Assembly (NCBI GenBank): GCA_900554175.1
Contig: USGK01000005.1
Span: forward strand, 3,707-67,706
Reading direction: 5' to 3'
DNA length: 64,000 nucleotides
Source: an uncultured Clostridium sp.
GTDB lineage: Bacteria; Bacillota; Clostridia; TANB77; CAG-508
Shown: positions 26,974 to 36,798 of the stretch, in pieces
Layout of the letters: every line of letters begins with the position of its first letter
Position numbering within the stretch: position 1 is the first letter of the stretch
Made by a program: the position numbers and the translations under genes
The notes under the pieces: generated by a model
The model's input: only the letters and a program-made list of their open reading frames with translations
The model's database searches: none
What the model was told of the DNA's origin: nothing

Positions 26974-28065
26974 TTACACATTAAATTTGAATAATACTAT
27001 GTCTCCATCTTGCATTATATATTCTTTCCCTTCCGAACGAACTAATCCTTTTTCTTTTGCTGCTGTCATTGAACCTTCTTTTATTAAGTCTTCAAACGAA
27101 ACTACTTCAGCTTTTATGAATCCCCTTTCTATATCTGAGTGAATTTTTCCAGCCGCTTGTGGTGCTTTAGTTCCCTTTTTTATTGTCCATGCTCTTACTT
27201 CTGGTTCTCCTGCAGTAAGGAATGACATTAATCCTAATAAGTCATAACTTTTCTTTATTAAAACATCCAATCCTGATTCTTTTAATCCAATTGCATCTAG
27301 CATTTCTTTCTTATCTTCATCTTCTAGTGAGGATAATTCTTCCTCTATTTTTACACAGATTGGTACAACTTCTGCTTTTTCATTTTTTGCATATTCTTTT
27401 ACCTTTTTGAAATTTTCATCGTTTTCTACATTTTCAATTTGTTCTTCTGATACATTTGCAATATAGATTACTGGTTTTGATGTTAATAAAAACATATCTT
27501 TTAATATTTCTTTTTCTTCGTCATTATATTCTAAATTTCTCGCTGGAATAGATTTTTCTAAATTTTCACTTATTTTTTCTAAAAGGTCTATTTCAATTTG
27601 ATATTTTTTATCTGCTTTTAGCATTTTTTTTGCTTTTTCTAGTCTTTTTTGAACTGTTTCTATATCTGCAAATATAAGTTCTAGATTTATTGTTTCGATA
27701 TCTCTTATAGGGTTTATATTTCCATCTACATGAACTATATTCGAATCTTCAAAACATCTGACAACTTGTGCTATTGCATCTGTTTCTCTTATATGTGCTA
27801 AAAATTTATTTCCAAGACCTTCCCCATGACTTGCACCTTTTACTAGTCCTGCAATATCCACAAATTCAACTATTGCATGTGTTGTTTTTTCTGGATTATA
27901 CATTTTAGTAAGTACATCCAATCTTTCATCTGGTACTGCTACTACTCCAACATTTGGCTCTATTGTACAAAATGGATAGTTAGCACATTCTGCTCCCGCC
28001 TTTGTTATGCTATTGAATAAAGTGCTTTTTCCAACATTTGGTAATCCTACTATTCCTATTTTCAT
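26974..28065 (-). CDS. ychF: redox-regulated ribosome-binding ATPase YchF
   Basis: MKIGIVGLPNVGKSTLFN P-loop, 363 aa, YchF-type C-terminal TGS-like domain. Confidence 0.95.
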   Translation of the reverse strand: MKIGIVGLPNVGKSTLFNSITKAGAECANYPFCTIEPNVGVVAVPDERLDVLTKMYNPEKTTHAIVEFVDIAGLVKGASHGEGLGNKFLAHIRETDAIAQVVRCFEDSNIVHVDGNINPIRDIETINLELIFADIETVQKRLEKAKKMLKADKKYQIEIDLLEKISENLEKSIPARNLEYNDEEKEILKDMFLLTSKPVIYIANVSEEQIENVENDENFKKVKEYAKNEKAEVVPICVKIEEELSSLEDEDKKEMLDAIGLKESGLDVLIKKSYDLLGLMSFLTAGEPEVRAWTIKKGTKAPQAAGKIHSDIERGFIKAEVVSFEDLIKEGSMTAAKEKGLVRSEGKEYIMQDGDIVLFKFNV

Positions 28066-28130
28066 TTTATATTTTAGTTCCTCCCTTATTTGCCATTTTC
28101 TTATCTAACGTTAATTTATTAATCTGTAAT

Positions 28131-28159
28131 ATTTTAATACGTTTTTTGCAAAAAGTCAA
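28131..28159 (-). promoter_or_regulatory. sigma-A type promoter of ychF
   Basis: TTGACT (28154-28159), 17 nt, TAAAAT (28131-28136) on the minus strand. Confidence 0.5.
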
Positions 28160-28168
28160 TGAATTCTA

Positions 28169-28197
28169 TTGACTTTTTCGATTTATATGATTATAAT
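28169..28197 (+). promoter_or_regulatory. sigma-A type promoter of tRNA-Thr
   Basis: TTGACT (28169-28174), 17 nt, TATAAT (28192-28197), 10 nt before the mature tRNA 5-prime end. Confidence 0.6.
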
Positions 28198-28207
28198 TTT
28201 GAAATAT

Positions 28208-28283
28208 GCTTCTATAGCTCAGTAGGTAGAGTGTAGCCTTGGTAAGGCTGAGGTCACGGGTTCAATTCCCGTTGGAAGCTCCA
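28208..28283 (+). tRNA. tRNA-Thr (anticodon GGU), CCA encoded
   Basis: GCTTCTATAGCTCAGTAGGTAGAGTGTAGCCTTGGTAAGGCTGAGGTCACGGGTTCAATTCCCGTTGGAAGCTCCA. Cloverleaf with anticodon loop UUGGUAA. Confidence 0.9.
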
Positions 28284-28402
28284 TAACATCATTTTAATTA
28301 GACTCGTTTTAATTTATTTTCAAAACTGGTCTAATTTTTGTATTATATAATTTTCTACTATCTTTTAATATATTATGCTATTATTGTTAGTTGTATTGAA
28401 TA

Positions 28403-28990
28403 TTATTTTGAAAGTTCTATAATATTTTTCATAATAATATTTGTTACATTTTCTATTACTTCTTTATCTTTTTTATTACTTTTATATTCTGAAAAATCTA
28501 ATGGCTTACCATATGTTACAATAATCTTATGAAAAGGTTTTAAATCTCCTTTAATTCCAACAGGTATTATTATTGCATCTGAATTTAATGCAAAATATGA
28601 AACTCCATTTTTTATATGTACCCCTTTTTCTATTCCGTTTCTTGTTCCTTCAGGAAATAATGCTATTCCACCACCTTGGTTTAATGTCTTAAGTGCTTCT
28701 TTCATTGCACCTATATCTTTTGAAGATCTTTTTACATATATACCATCGAAAATATATACAGCTAATCTTGTAATCGGATTATTTTTTAATTCTTGTTTTG
28801 CCATAAATCTTACTTTTCTTTTACATGTTGTTACCATTAGCGGTGGATCTAAATAACTTCTATGATTTCCACATATTATAAATGCCCCATCTTTTGGTAC
28901 ATTTTCTTTTCCTACTACTTTTACTCTATATACTATCTTATTATAAATAAATATTATGTATTTTATTAATATTCTAAAAAAATTTTTCAT
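28403..28990 (-). CDS. plsC: 1-acyl-sn-glycerol-3-phosphate acyltransferase
   Basis: NHRSYLDP and FPEGTR acyltransferase motifs; 195 aa. Confidence 0.85.
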   Translation of the reverse strand: MKNFFRILIKYIIFIYNKIVYRVKVVGKENVPKDGAFIICGNHRSYLDPPLMVTTCKRKVRFMAKQELKNNPITRLAVYIFDGIYVKRSSKDIGAMKEALKTLNQGGGIALFPEGTRNGIEKGVHIKNGVSYFALNSDAIIIPVGIKGDLKPFHKIIVTYGKPLDFSEYKSNKKDKEVIENVTNIIMKNIIELSK

Positions 28991-29118
28991 ATATTCTAAC
29001 CTCTTTCTTTTGTATATATTAACACATTAATTTTCAAAATTCAATACAAATATAATTTTAATTTTCGGTATTTTTCACAATTTTGTATATGCCTATTGCA
29101 TCATGCTCTAAATAAAGA

Positions 29119-29160
29119 AATTGATAAAATATGAATTAATCTTTTCATATTTTATCAATT
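29119..29160 (-). terminator. 17-bp perfect hairpin (terminator/attenuator candidate upstream of plsC)
   Basis: AATTGATAAAATATGAA (29119-29135), 8-nt loop, TTCATATTTTATCAATT (29144-29160). Followed on the minus strand by TCTTTATTT. Confidence 0.5.
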
Positions 29161-29213
29161 ATCTATTATTTAATAACTTATTTTTTAATATTTTTCCTAA
29201 AATGTAAATATTA

Positions 29214-29261
29214 TCAAAATAAAGCATGCCTTTTGTTTTTTTTCTATTTTTTTCATACGCA
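29214..29261 (-). CDS. 15-codon mini-ORF MRMKKIEKNKRHALF (leader peptide or small-RNA-borne ORF candidate)
   Basis: AAGGGAGA RBS 5 nt before ATG 29261, own promoter upstream, strong hairpin about 55 nt downstream. Confidence 0.3.
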
Positions 29262-29297
29262 TTTTTTCTCCCTTAACACTCTCTTTTTGTTGCAATT

Positions 29298-29326
29298 ATT
29301 GTATACTTTGTTATCCATTTTATCAA
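29298..29326 (-). promoter_or_regulatory. sigma-A type promoter of the mini-ORF unit
   Basis: TTGATA (29321-29326), 17 nt, TACAAT (29298-29303). Confidence 0.45.
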
Positions 29327-29419
29327 TAAATAAATCAATATTAGCAAGATAAAATCATGAAAAATCTAAAAAAGACTATTATCCATTGAAATTAAATGAT
29401 TAATAGTTCTTTTTTAGAT

Positions 29420-29448
29420 TTGACTTTTTATATTAATGGTAGTATAAT
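29420..29448 (+). promoter_or_regulatory. sigma-A type promoter of the 93-aa orphan gene
   Basis: TTGACT (29420-29425), 17 nt, TATAAT (29443-29448). Confidence 0.6.
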
Positions 29449-29482
29449 TAAATTATCTTAAAAGAAAGGTGGTTTAAAAACC

Positions 29483-29764
29483 ATGACAACAGAGGCAAAC
29501 ATTAAAACTGATGAAGAAAGAAAACAGAAAATACTTGAGAACTTTTTAATCAAGTTCATGAAAAGTCTGTTTGACTGTTGGAAAGTTCACCCATTTTATC
29601 CAGGGACAAATTACTTCTTTGAGAGCGAAGAGGAAAAAACAATCGTTTTTGATTTTTTGGCTAAAAAAGGAGAACCACAACCCCAAACAACAATATGGGG
29701 ATCTTATTTTATATATTTTCCAAATTCCAACAATCCTTATTCATCCTTTAAGAAAAAGCTTTAA
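29483..29764 (+). CDS. hypothetical 93-aa protein, compositionally atypical
   Basis: RBS GAAAGGTGG, own promoter and terminator. About one third G+C in hand-counted 60-nt blocks, and uses GAG/CTG/CAG/GGG/CCC codons that are rare elsewhere in the window. Confidence 0.55.
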   Translation: MTTEANIKTDEERKQKILENFLIKFMKSLFDCWKVHPFYPGTNYFFESEEEKTIVFDFLAKKGEPQPQTTIWGSYFIYFPNSNNPYSSFKKKL

Positions 29765-29771
29765 TGTGTTA

Positions 29772-29811
29772 GCTTCCAGACGAACTATTTGTCTGGAAGC
29801 ATTTTTATTTT
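29772..29811 (+). terminator. intrinsic terminator (shared 3-prime end region with murA)
   Basis: GCTTCCAGAC/GTCTGGAAGC 10-bp stem followed by ATTTTTATTTT. Confidence 0.7.
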
Positions 29812-31052
29812 ATATATATTTTAGCTCCTAATTCTTGTAGTTTTTTATCTAGATTTTCATATCCTCTCAATACATATTCAATATTTTCTACTTCAGTTTT
29901 TCCTTTTGCAACTAATCCAGCAATTACAAGACACGCACCTCCTCGCAAGTCGGTTGCTTTAACTTTTGCAGCATATAATTTTCTTGTTCCTTTTATAATT
30001 GCTGTATTACCTTCTACTTTTATTTTAGCTCCCATTTTTTGCAACTCATTTAAAGTTTTAAATCTATTTTCAAATATATTTTCTACTATTACTGATGTAC
30101 CATTTGCAACACACATATTTGAGGCAATAATTGATTGCATATCTGTTGGAAACCCAGGATATGGCATTGTTCTTATATTTATAGCTTTTAGTCTTTTTGG
30201 TGCTTTTAAAATTATATTTTTATTTCCTAAAACCATTTTACATCCTGCTTCTGATAATTTATCTATTATAGGTGCAATATGACTTATATTCACATTTTTT
30301 AATGCAATTTCTCCTCCTGTCATTGCTGCACTACATAGGAGTGTTCCTGCTTCTATTCTATCTGGCATTATATTATAACTTACATCTTTTAAATTCTTTA
30401 CTCCTTCTATTGTTATTACATTACTTCCTGCTCCTTCTATTTTTGCTCCCATTTTGTTCAAGAATTTTTGTAAATCTGTAATTTCTGGTTCCATTGCTGC
30501 ATTTATTATCTTTGTTGTTCCTTTTGCCAAAACTGCTGCAAGCATGATATTTTCGGTTGCTCCCACACTTGGAAACTCTAAGTTAATTTCTGTACCTAGT
30601 ATTTGATCTGCATAACAGTTTATTTTTCCATATTCTTTTTTTATTGTAATTCCTAATTTTTCAAATCCTTTTATATGTAAATCTATTGGTCTTGCTCCAA
30701 TCTCACAACCTCCTGGATACGAAAATATTGCTTTTTTATATCTTCCTAAAATTGCTCCAGCTAAAATTACAGATGATCTCATTTTGCACATTAATTCTTC
30801 TGGTATCTCATGATTTTTTGCATTTGAAGAATCAATTATAACTTTGTCTTTCTTTTTTATTACTTTACACCCAAGTTCTTTTAAAATTTCTATCATTAGT
30901 TTGGTATCACTTATGTTTGGTACATTATATAGTTTGGTTATTCCTTTATTTAATATACTTGCTGCCATTATTGGTAATGAAGCATTTTTGGAACCTGATA
31001 CATAACTCTCTCCTTGAAGTCTATGACCTCCTTCAATTATATAACTTGACAT
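29805..31052 (-). CDS. murA: UDP-N-acetylglucosamine 1-carboxyvinyltransferase
   Basis: About 415 aa; GSKNASLPIMAA and the GCEIGARPIDLH active-site Cys region. Start at ATG 31052 behind GGAAGGA. Confidence 0.95.
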   Translation of the reverse strand: MSSYIIEGGHRLQGESYVSGSKNASLPIMAASILNKGITKLYNVPNISDTKLMIEILKELGCKVIKKKDKVIIDSSNAKNHEIPEELMCKMRSSVILAGAILGRYKKAIFSYPGGCEIGARPIDLHIKGFEKLGITIKKEYGKINCYADQILGTEINLEFPSVGATENIMLAAVLAKGTTKIINAAMEPEITDLQKFLNKMGAKIEGAGSNVITIEGVKNLKDVSYNIMPDRIEAGTLLCSAAMTGGEIALKNVNISHIAPIIDKLSEAGCKMVLGNKNIILKAPKRLKAINIRTMPYPGFPTDMQSIIASNMCVANGTSVIVENIFENRFKTLNELQKMGAKIKVEGNTAIIKGTRKLYAAKVKATDLRGGACLVIAGLVAKGKTEVENIEYVLRGYENLDKKLQELGAKIYIK

Positions 31053-31158
31053 TTTTATCATCCTTCCTACATTTTATGATATATTTTATGTCAATAATAT
31101 TATTTTTGTGAAGAAGCTTTATAAAAAATTCTACATTTTATAATTTAAAATTACATTT

Positions 31159-32019
31159 CTAAATTAGGATTATATCTCTTTTTAAGAAATTATTTCTTAT
31201 TGTTCCTAATCCTACAAATTTGTCATCAATATAAATCTTATATACACCATCTTTGTTAATATTATCTAATTTTACACCATTTAAAAAACTTTCTCTTTTC
31301 GATTCTTCTAAATTAATTTTTTCATTTCTCTCAAATATATCCTCAAATTTTATTAACTTTGAAGATATATTTTCTTCATTCAATTCTTCTATATTTATAG
31401 CCTGATTTATCCCGAAATCTCCTACTCTCATTCTTTTTAAATCTGACATTGTTCCTAAAGTATTTAATTTTTTAGCAATATCTTCACAAAGAGTTCTTAT
31501 ATATGTTCCTTTTGAACATTCTACCTCATATTCTATTTCTTTTTCTTCTTTAGATAAACTTATTAATTTTATATTATAAATTTCTATTGTTCTTTTTGGA
31601 ATTTCTATTTTTTCACCTTTTCTAGCATATTCATAAAGCTTTTTTCCTTTTAATTTTACTGCAGAATAAATCGGTGGTGTCTGTTCTATTTTACCTTTAA
31701 AGCTTGATAAAATTTTTTCTATATTTTCTTTATTAAATAATTCTTCGTTTACTTTTTGCTCTTCAATTATCTCTCCTTCTAAATCTGCCGTAGTTGTTTT
31801 CATTCCTAATTTTATTTTAGCTATATACTCTTTGTCATGATTTATTAAATATTTTGAAATTTTTGTTCCTTTTCCTATTAATATAGGTAAAACACCTGTT
31901 GCAAGGGGATCTAATGTTCCTGTATGTCCCACTTTTTCTTTTGAAATTTTTTTTACTTTCTGAACTATATCATTTGAAGTCCATCCCTTTGGCTTGTCTA
32001 TAATTATTATTCCATCCAT
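31159..32019 (-). CDS. truB: tRNA pseudouridine(55) synthase
   Basis: KPKGWTSNDIV...GHTGTLDPLATGVLPI motif. Confidence 0.95.
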   Translation of the reverse strand: MDGIIIIDKPKGWTSNDIVQKVKKISKEKVGHTGTLDPLATGVLPILIGKGTKISKYLINHDKEYIAKIKLGMKTTTADLEGEIIEEQKVNEELFNKENIEKILSSFKGKIEQTPPIYSAVKLKGKKLYEYARKGEKIEIPKRTIEIYNIKLISLSKEEKEIEYEVECSKGTYIRTLCEDIAKKLNTLGTMSDLKRMRVGDFGINQAINIEELNEENISSKLIKFEDIFERNEKINLEESKRESFLNGVKLDNINKDGVYKIYIDDKFVGLGTIRNNFLKRDIILI

Positions 32020-32094
32020 ATTTTCTCCTATTTTAAAAAATTAAACTGTTGCAAAAATTTTATTTTTATCAACAGTTATAATTTTTTATTATTT

Positions 32095-33048
32095 TTATTT
32101 TAATTGTTTTTTTACTTCTGTTAAAACTTTATTTTTTATTTGCTCTGGTGTACCTGTGGAAAATGCTCCAGCAGCTCTTATATGTCCTCCACCGCCAAAC
32201 ATTAGACATACATCTGAAACATTAACATATTCAGATGACCTAAGTGAAATCTTAAATCCTTTTTTCTCTTTTAATTCATGTAAAAAGATTGAAACTTCAA
32301 CACCTTCTATACATCTACCTACCTGAACAATTCCTTCATGATCACCTGTAGATGCACCTACTTTTTCTTCATCTTCTAACGTTATATATGTAAATGTAAC
32401 TTTTCCATCTTCTAAAAATTCTAATCTATCTGATGCTATTCTACTTAATTCAAAATTAGCTCTTGTCTTTGTTTCTAAAGCTTTTCTGTATATTTCAGAT
32501 ATATTTACTCCTTTTCTTAAAAGATCTGCTGTAAATTCAAATGTTTCCGCTGTTACATTATAATTAAATCCTCCTGTGTCTGTTATAATTCCTGTAGCAA
32601 GACATGTTCCTATTTCTTTTGAAATTGGAATTTTTAAATAATCAAAAATTCCTAAAAGAACTTGTGCACATGCTGGTGATACTGGATTTACAAAATTTAT
32701 GTCAGCATACATTTTATTACTTCCATGGTGATCAATCGATATTGTTGTTTTTGCTTTTTCAAAATAGTCTTTGTATCCCTTTAGAATCTTATTATCCGCA
32801 CAGTCTACAGCTATTGCTAAGTCATAACTTGCAATAGCTGAGCTTTTTTTTACCTCTTGAATTCCTGGTAAAAACTCAAAACATCTTGAATATTCAGGGA
32901 TTATAACATCAACCTTTTTTTGTAAATAGTCTATAGCGTGTTTCATTGCTAATGCACTTCCTACTGCATCTCCATCTGGTCCTTCATGTGTTAATATGAC
33001 TATTTTTTCTGTTTTTTTTATTTCATCTAAAATTTTATCCAATGTCAT
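32095..33048 (-). CDS. nrnA: DHH/DHHA1 phosphoesterase (NrnA-type oligoribonuclease/pAp phosphatase)
   Basis: HEGPDGDAVGS, DHHGSN and GGGH motifs. Confidence 0.85.
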   Translation of the reverse strand: MTLDKILDEIKKTEKIVILTHEGPDGDAVGSALAMKHAIDYLQKKVDVIIPEYSRCFEFLPGIQEVKKSSAIASYDLAIAVDCADNKILKGYKDYFEKAKTTISIDHHGSNKMYADINFVNPVSPACAQVLLGIFDYLKIPISKEIGTCLATGIITDTGGFNYNVTAETFEFTADLLRKGVNISEIYRKALETKTRANFELSRIASDRLEFLEDGKVTFTYITLEDEEKVGASTGDHEGIVQVGRCIEGVEVSIFLHELKEKKGFKISLRSSEYVNVSDVCLMFGGGGHIRAAGAFSTGTPEQIKNKVLTEVKKQLK

Positions 33049-33070
33049 ATGATTTCCTCTTTCTTTTATT

Positions 33071-33433
33071 TTAATCCTCTTTTGGCATAATTTCTTTTAA
33101 TATAGTATCTATTCTTGATCCATATTCTAAAGAATCATCAACCTCAAATATCAACTCAGGTGTATATCTTAAATTTATTCTTTTTGCAAGTTCACTTCTT
33201 ATAAATCCAGATGAATTCTTCAATCCTTGTAATGTATTTTTTTTACTTTTACAATTTAATAAACTAATATATACTCTTGCTGATCTTAAATCTTTTGAAA
33301 CTTTTACCTTTGTTACACTTATTATTCCTGTTATGTTTGGATTTTTTAAATCTTGATCAATTATCATGCTTATTTCTTTTTTAAATTCTTCATCTACTCT
33401 ATTTATTCGATTGGGATTTTTTCTTTTTTCCAT
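33071..33433 (-). CDS. rbfA: ribosome-binding factor A
   Basis: 120 aa; ITGIISVTKVKVSKDLRSARVYIS signature. Sits directly after infB. Confidence 0.95.
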   Translation of the reverse strand: MEKRKNPNRINRVDEEFKKEISMIIDQDLKNPNITGIISVTKVKVSKDLRSARVYISLLNCKSKKNTLQGLKNSSGFIRSELAKRINLRYTPELIFEVDDSLEYGSRIDTILKEIMPKED

Positions 33434-33448
33434 AAGCCTCTCCTTGTA

Positions 33449-36400
33449 TTATTTTTTTATTTCTTTCATAACAAATGCTTCTATGATATCTCCTTCTTTA
33501 ATATCATTATATTTTTCAATTTGGATACCACATTCATATTCTTTAGCAACTTCTTTGACATCGTCTTTAAATCTTTTAAGTGATGCAAGCTTTCCTTCAT
33601 GAATTACAACATCATCACGAATTACTCTTACTCCTGCATTTCTTTGAAGTTTACCTGTTAAAACATATGCTCCAGCTATTGTACCTACACTTGAAATTTT
33701 AAATGTTTGACGTACTTCTGCTGTTCCTATTACTTCTTCTTCAAACTTAGGATCCAACATTCCTTTCATTGCTTGCTCAACATCATCTAATGCCTGATAA
33801 ATTATTGAATATTGTTTTATTTGTACCTCATCTCTATCTGCAACTTCTTTTGCCATTCCTGCTGGTCTTACATTAAATGCAATTATTATAGCATTTGAAA
33901 CTTTTGCAAGTGTTACATCTGTTTCTGTTACAGCACCTGCTGCTGCATGGATTACTTTTACTTTTACTTCGTCATTACTTAATCTTTCTAATGATTGTTT
34001 TAATGCTTCTACAGATCCTTGAACATCTGCTTTTACAATTATATTTAATTGTTTTAGTTTTCCTGATTCCATTTGGTTAAATAAATTATCTAATGTTACT
34101 GCTTGCATACTATTTATTGATTTTTCTCTTGCTTGACGTTTTCTTCTTTCTATTAAATGTTTAGCCATTTTTTCATCTTTTACTTCATAGAATATATCTC
34201 CAGCTTGTGGTACTTCTGTAAGTCCCATTATTTCAACTGGTGTTGATGGACCTGCTGATTTTACTTTCTTTCCTTTATCATTTATCATTGATCTTATTCT
34301 TCCTATAGATGTTCCCACAACTACAGTATCACCTACATCTAATTTTCCTCTTTGTACTAACATTGATGCTATTGCTCCCTTATTTTTGTCAAGTCTTGCT
34401 TCTATTACAACACCTTTTGCTTGTTTTGTAGGATTTGCTTTTAATTCTAATACGTCTGCTTCAAGTAAAACCATTTCTAATAGTTGATCAATATTAAGAT
34501 TTTTCTTTGCTGAAATCTCAACAAATATTGTGTCTCCACCCCATTCTTCTGGAACTAATTCATATTTCATTAATTCTTCTTTTACCTTTTGTGGATTTGC
34601 ATCTGGTAAATCTATTTTGTTTATTGCAACTATTATTGGAATTCCTGCTGACTTTGCATGATTTATAGCTTCTATTGTTTGTGGCATTACACCATCATTT
34701 GCTGCTACTACAAGTATAGCAATATCTGTAATTTGTGCACCTCTTGCTCTCATAGCTGTAAAAGCTTCGTGTCCAGGTGTATCTAAAAAAGTTATCTCTC
34801 TATCATTTACTTTTACTTTATATGCACCAATTGCCTGTGTAATTCCACCAGCTTCTCCTTCTATAACATTTGTTTTTCTTATAACATCTAGAAGCGAAGT
34901 TTTACCATGGTCTACATGTCCCATTACAACAACTACAGGTGGTCTTTCTACTAAGTCATTTTCTTTGTCTTCTGATTCATCAAATAATACATCTTCTTCT
35001 TTTACTTCTTCTTTTTTAACTGCTGTAACACCGAACTCTGCTGCAACTAAAAATGCTGTATCAAAGTCTATATCATTATTCAATGTAGCCATTATTCCAA
35101 GTGACATTAATTTCATTATAATTTCTGACGCTGTCTTTTTTAATTCTTGTGCAAGATCTTTTACACTAATAGATTCTGGAACTGTTATTTCTGTTAATTT
35201 GAAGATTTTCTGCTTTGTTCTTGACTCATCGTCTTTGGTATTTTTCTTTTTACCTTTTCTTCCACGAACTGTTGTTAAATCATAGTAATCTAACATACTA
35301 TTTTCTTGGTCCTCAAACATATTTGAAAGTTTATCTTGTTGTTTTAAGTTTTTAAGTTTTCCTTCATTTATATCATAATCTTCTTGATTTCTTCTTGTTC
35401 TTTTTTTAGTATTCCTATTTTCATTAAATTTATTATTTTCTTTTTTCTTATCAATTGATTTATTATATTCTCTTACTGATTCTTTTTCACCTGTTTCAAC
35501 AGACATTATATTTTTAATATTTTTCTCAATTCCTTTATCATCTAATGGTCTGTTACCAAATTTTGTATTTCCTTGAGAATATCCGTTATTTTGAGAATAG
35601 TTATTTCTTCTATTTTTATCTCCAAATTTATTATAGTTATTATTTGAATTGTTTCTATCTCTATAATTTGAATTTCTATCCCCATTAAATTTTCCATCTA
35701 TTCTTCTATTATTCTCTGCATTTCTATAATCTTTTCTATAACTATTTTGTTGACCATCTTTTGAGAAATTTTGATGTCTTTCATTATTAAATCTATTATT
35801 TCTATCCTGATTGAAATTATTACTTCTATTAGAATAATTTTTATTGTTTCTATTAGAATAGTTATCTTGTCTTACATTATTTTGACTACTTTGATTTTTT
35901 TTGATATCTTTATTTTGATTATTATTTTCTACTTTCACTTCTTGAATTTTAACCATATCCTCTTTCATTTCTTTTTTGCTTTCTATTATTTTCTCTTGCT
36001 TTATTTCTTCTTTTTTTGGAATCTCAACATTTTGTTTTTCACTTTTTTCTTTACTCTCTATATCTTTCTTTTCTTCTTTTTTGTTTAATCCAAATAATTC
36101 ACTTACTGTTAGTGGTTTTTCTACTTTTGTCCTATGTACAATATTATAATCTTTTTTTGCATTCCTTTGTATAAAAGGGGAATTATTAGTTTGCTTTTTC
36201 TCTTTAACTTCTTCTTTTTTATTTTTCTCTTCTTCAAAAATAACTTCTCTTCTTATTATTACAGGTTTTACTTTTTTACTGTTTGATAAATCATTTTTTT
36301 CTTTTTTACTTTCTTCTTTTACTTTTGCTTTCTCTATTTTTTTATTTGAATAAAACTCTCTTAATTTTTTTACTTCTGAGTCTTCTAGTGCACTTAAATG

Positions 36401-36499
36401 ACTTTTTAGCTCAATACCTTCCTTTTTAGCCTTTTCTAATAATTCTTTACTGGTTAAATTTAATTCCTTTGCTAATTCATATAATTTAATTTTACCCAA
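33449..36499 (-). CDS. infB: translation initiation factor IF-2 with long Asn/Arg/Lys-rich N-terminal region
   Basis: [13 protein letters not shown]-domain and conserved C-terminal domains. Start proposed at TTG 36499 (GGGGGTGAG RBS, gives [13 protein letters not shown]); the track start is ATG 36517. Confidence 0.95.
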   Translation of the reverse strand: MGKIKLYELAKELNLTSKELLEKAKKEGIELKSHLSALEDSEVKKLREFYSNKKIEKAKVKEESKKEKNDLSNSKKVKPVIIRREVIFEEEKNKKEEVKEKKQTNNSPFIQRNAKKDYNIVHRTKVEKPLTVSELFGLNKKEEKKDIESKEKSEKQNVEIPKKEEIKQEKIIESKKEMKEDMVKIQEVKVENNNQNKDIKKNQSSQNNVRQDNYSNRNNKNYSNRSNNFNQDRNNRFNNERHQNFSKDGQQNSYRKDYRNAENNRRIDGKFNGDRNSNYRDRNNSNNNYNKFGDKNRRNNYSQNNGYSQGNTKFGNRPLDDKGIEKNIKNIMSVETGEKESVREYNKSIDKKKENNKFNENRNTKKRTRRNQEDYDINEGKLKNLKQQDKLSNMFEDQENSMLDYYDLTTVRGRKGKKKNTKDDESRTKQKIFKLTEITVPESISVKDLAQELKKTASEIIMKLMSLGIMATLNNDIDFDTAFLVAAEFGVTAVKKEEVKEEDVLFDESEDKENDLVERPPVVVVMGHVDHGKTSLLDVIRKTNVIEGEAGGITQAIGAYKVKVNDREITFLDTPGHEAFTAMRARGAQITDIAILVVAANDGVMPQTIEAINHAKSAGIPIIVAINKIDLPDANPQKVKEELMKYELVPEEWGGDTIFVEISAKKNLNIDQLLEMVLLEADVLELKANPTKQAKGVVIEARLDKNKGAIASMLVQRGKLDVGDTVVVGTSIGRIRSMINDKGKKVKSAGPSTPVEIMGLTEVPQAGDIFYEVKDEKMAKHLIERRKRQAREKSINSMQAVTLDNLFNQMESGKLKQLNIIVKADVQGSVEALKQSLERLSNDEVKVKVIHAAAGAVTETDVTLAKVSNAIIIAFNVRPAGMAKEVADRDEVQIKQYSIIYQALDDVEQAMKGMLDPKFEEEVIGTAEVRQTFKISSVGTIAGAYVLTGKLQRNAGVRVIRDDVVIHEGKLASLKRFKDDVKEVAKEYECGIQIEKYNDIKEGDIIEAFVMKEIKK

Positions 36500-36764
36500 T
36501 AAACTCACCCCCATCAATTATATTTTTTAATTTATCATAAATTTCACTAGGTACTTCTATTTTTAAAGCTCTTTCTATCTTTTTTGTTTTTTTGGCTTTT
36601 TCTAAACATGTTTGACTTTTACAAATATATGTACCTCTTCCTTCTTTCTTTCCTGTTATATCAATTTTAATTTCATTTTCATTATTTCTTACAATTCGTA
36701 TTAATTTATTTTTATCTATTTTTGTATTACATGCTATACAGGTTCTTTGTGGTAATTTTCTCAA
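36492..36764 (-). CDS. ylxR: YlxR/RnpM family RNA-binding protein (DUF448)
   Basis: [21 protein letters not shown]...GRGTYIC motif. Located between nusA and infB. Confidence 0.85.
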   Translation of the reverse strand: MRKLPQRTCIACNTKIDKNKLIRIVRNNENEIKIDITGKKEGRGTYICKSQTCLEKAKKTKKIERALKIEVPSEIYDKLKNIIDGGEFIG

Positions 36765-36798
36765 TTACATCTTCTCCTTTTTTTTTATTTTAATGAAA

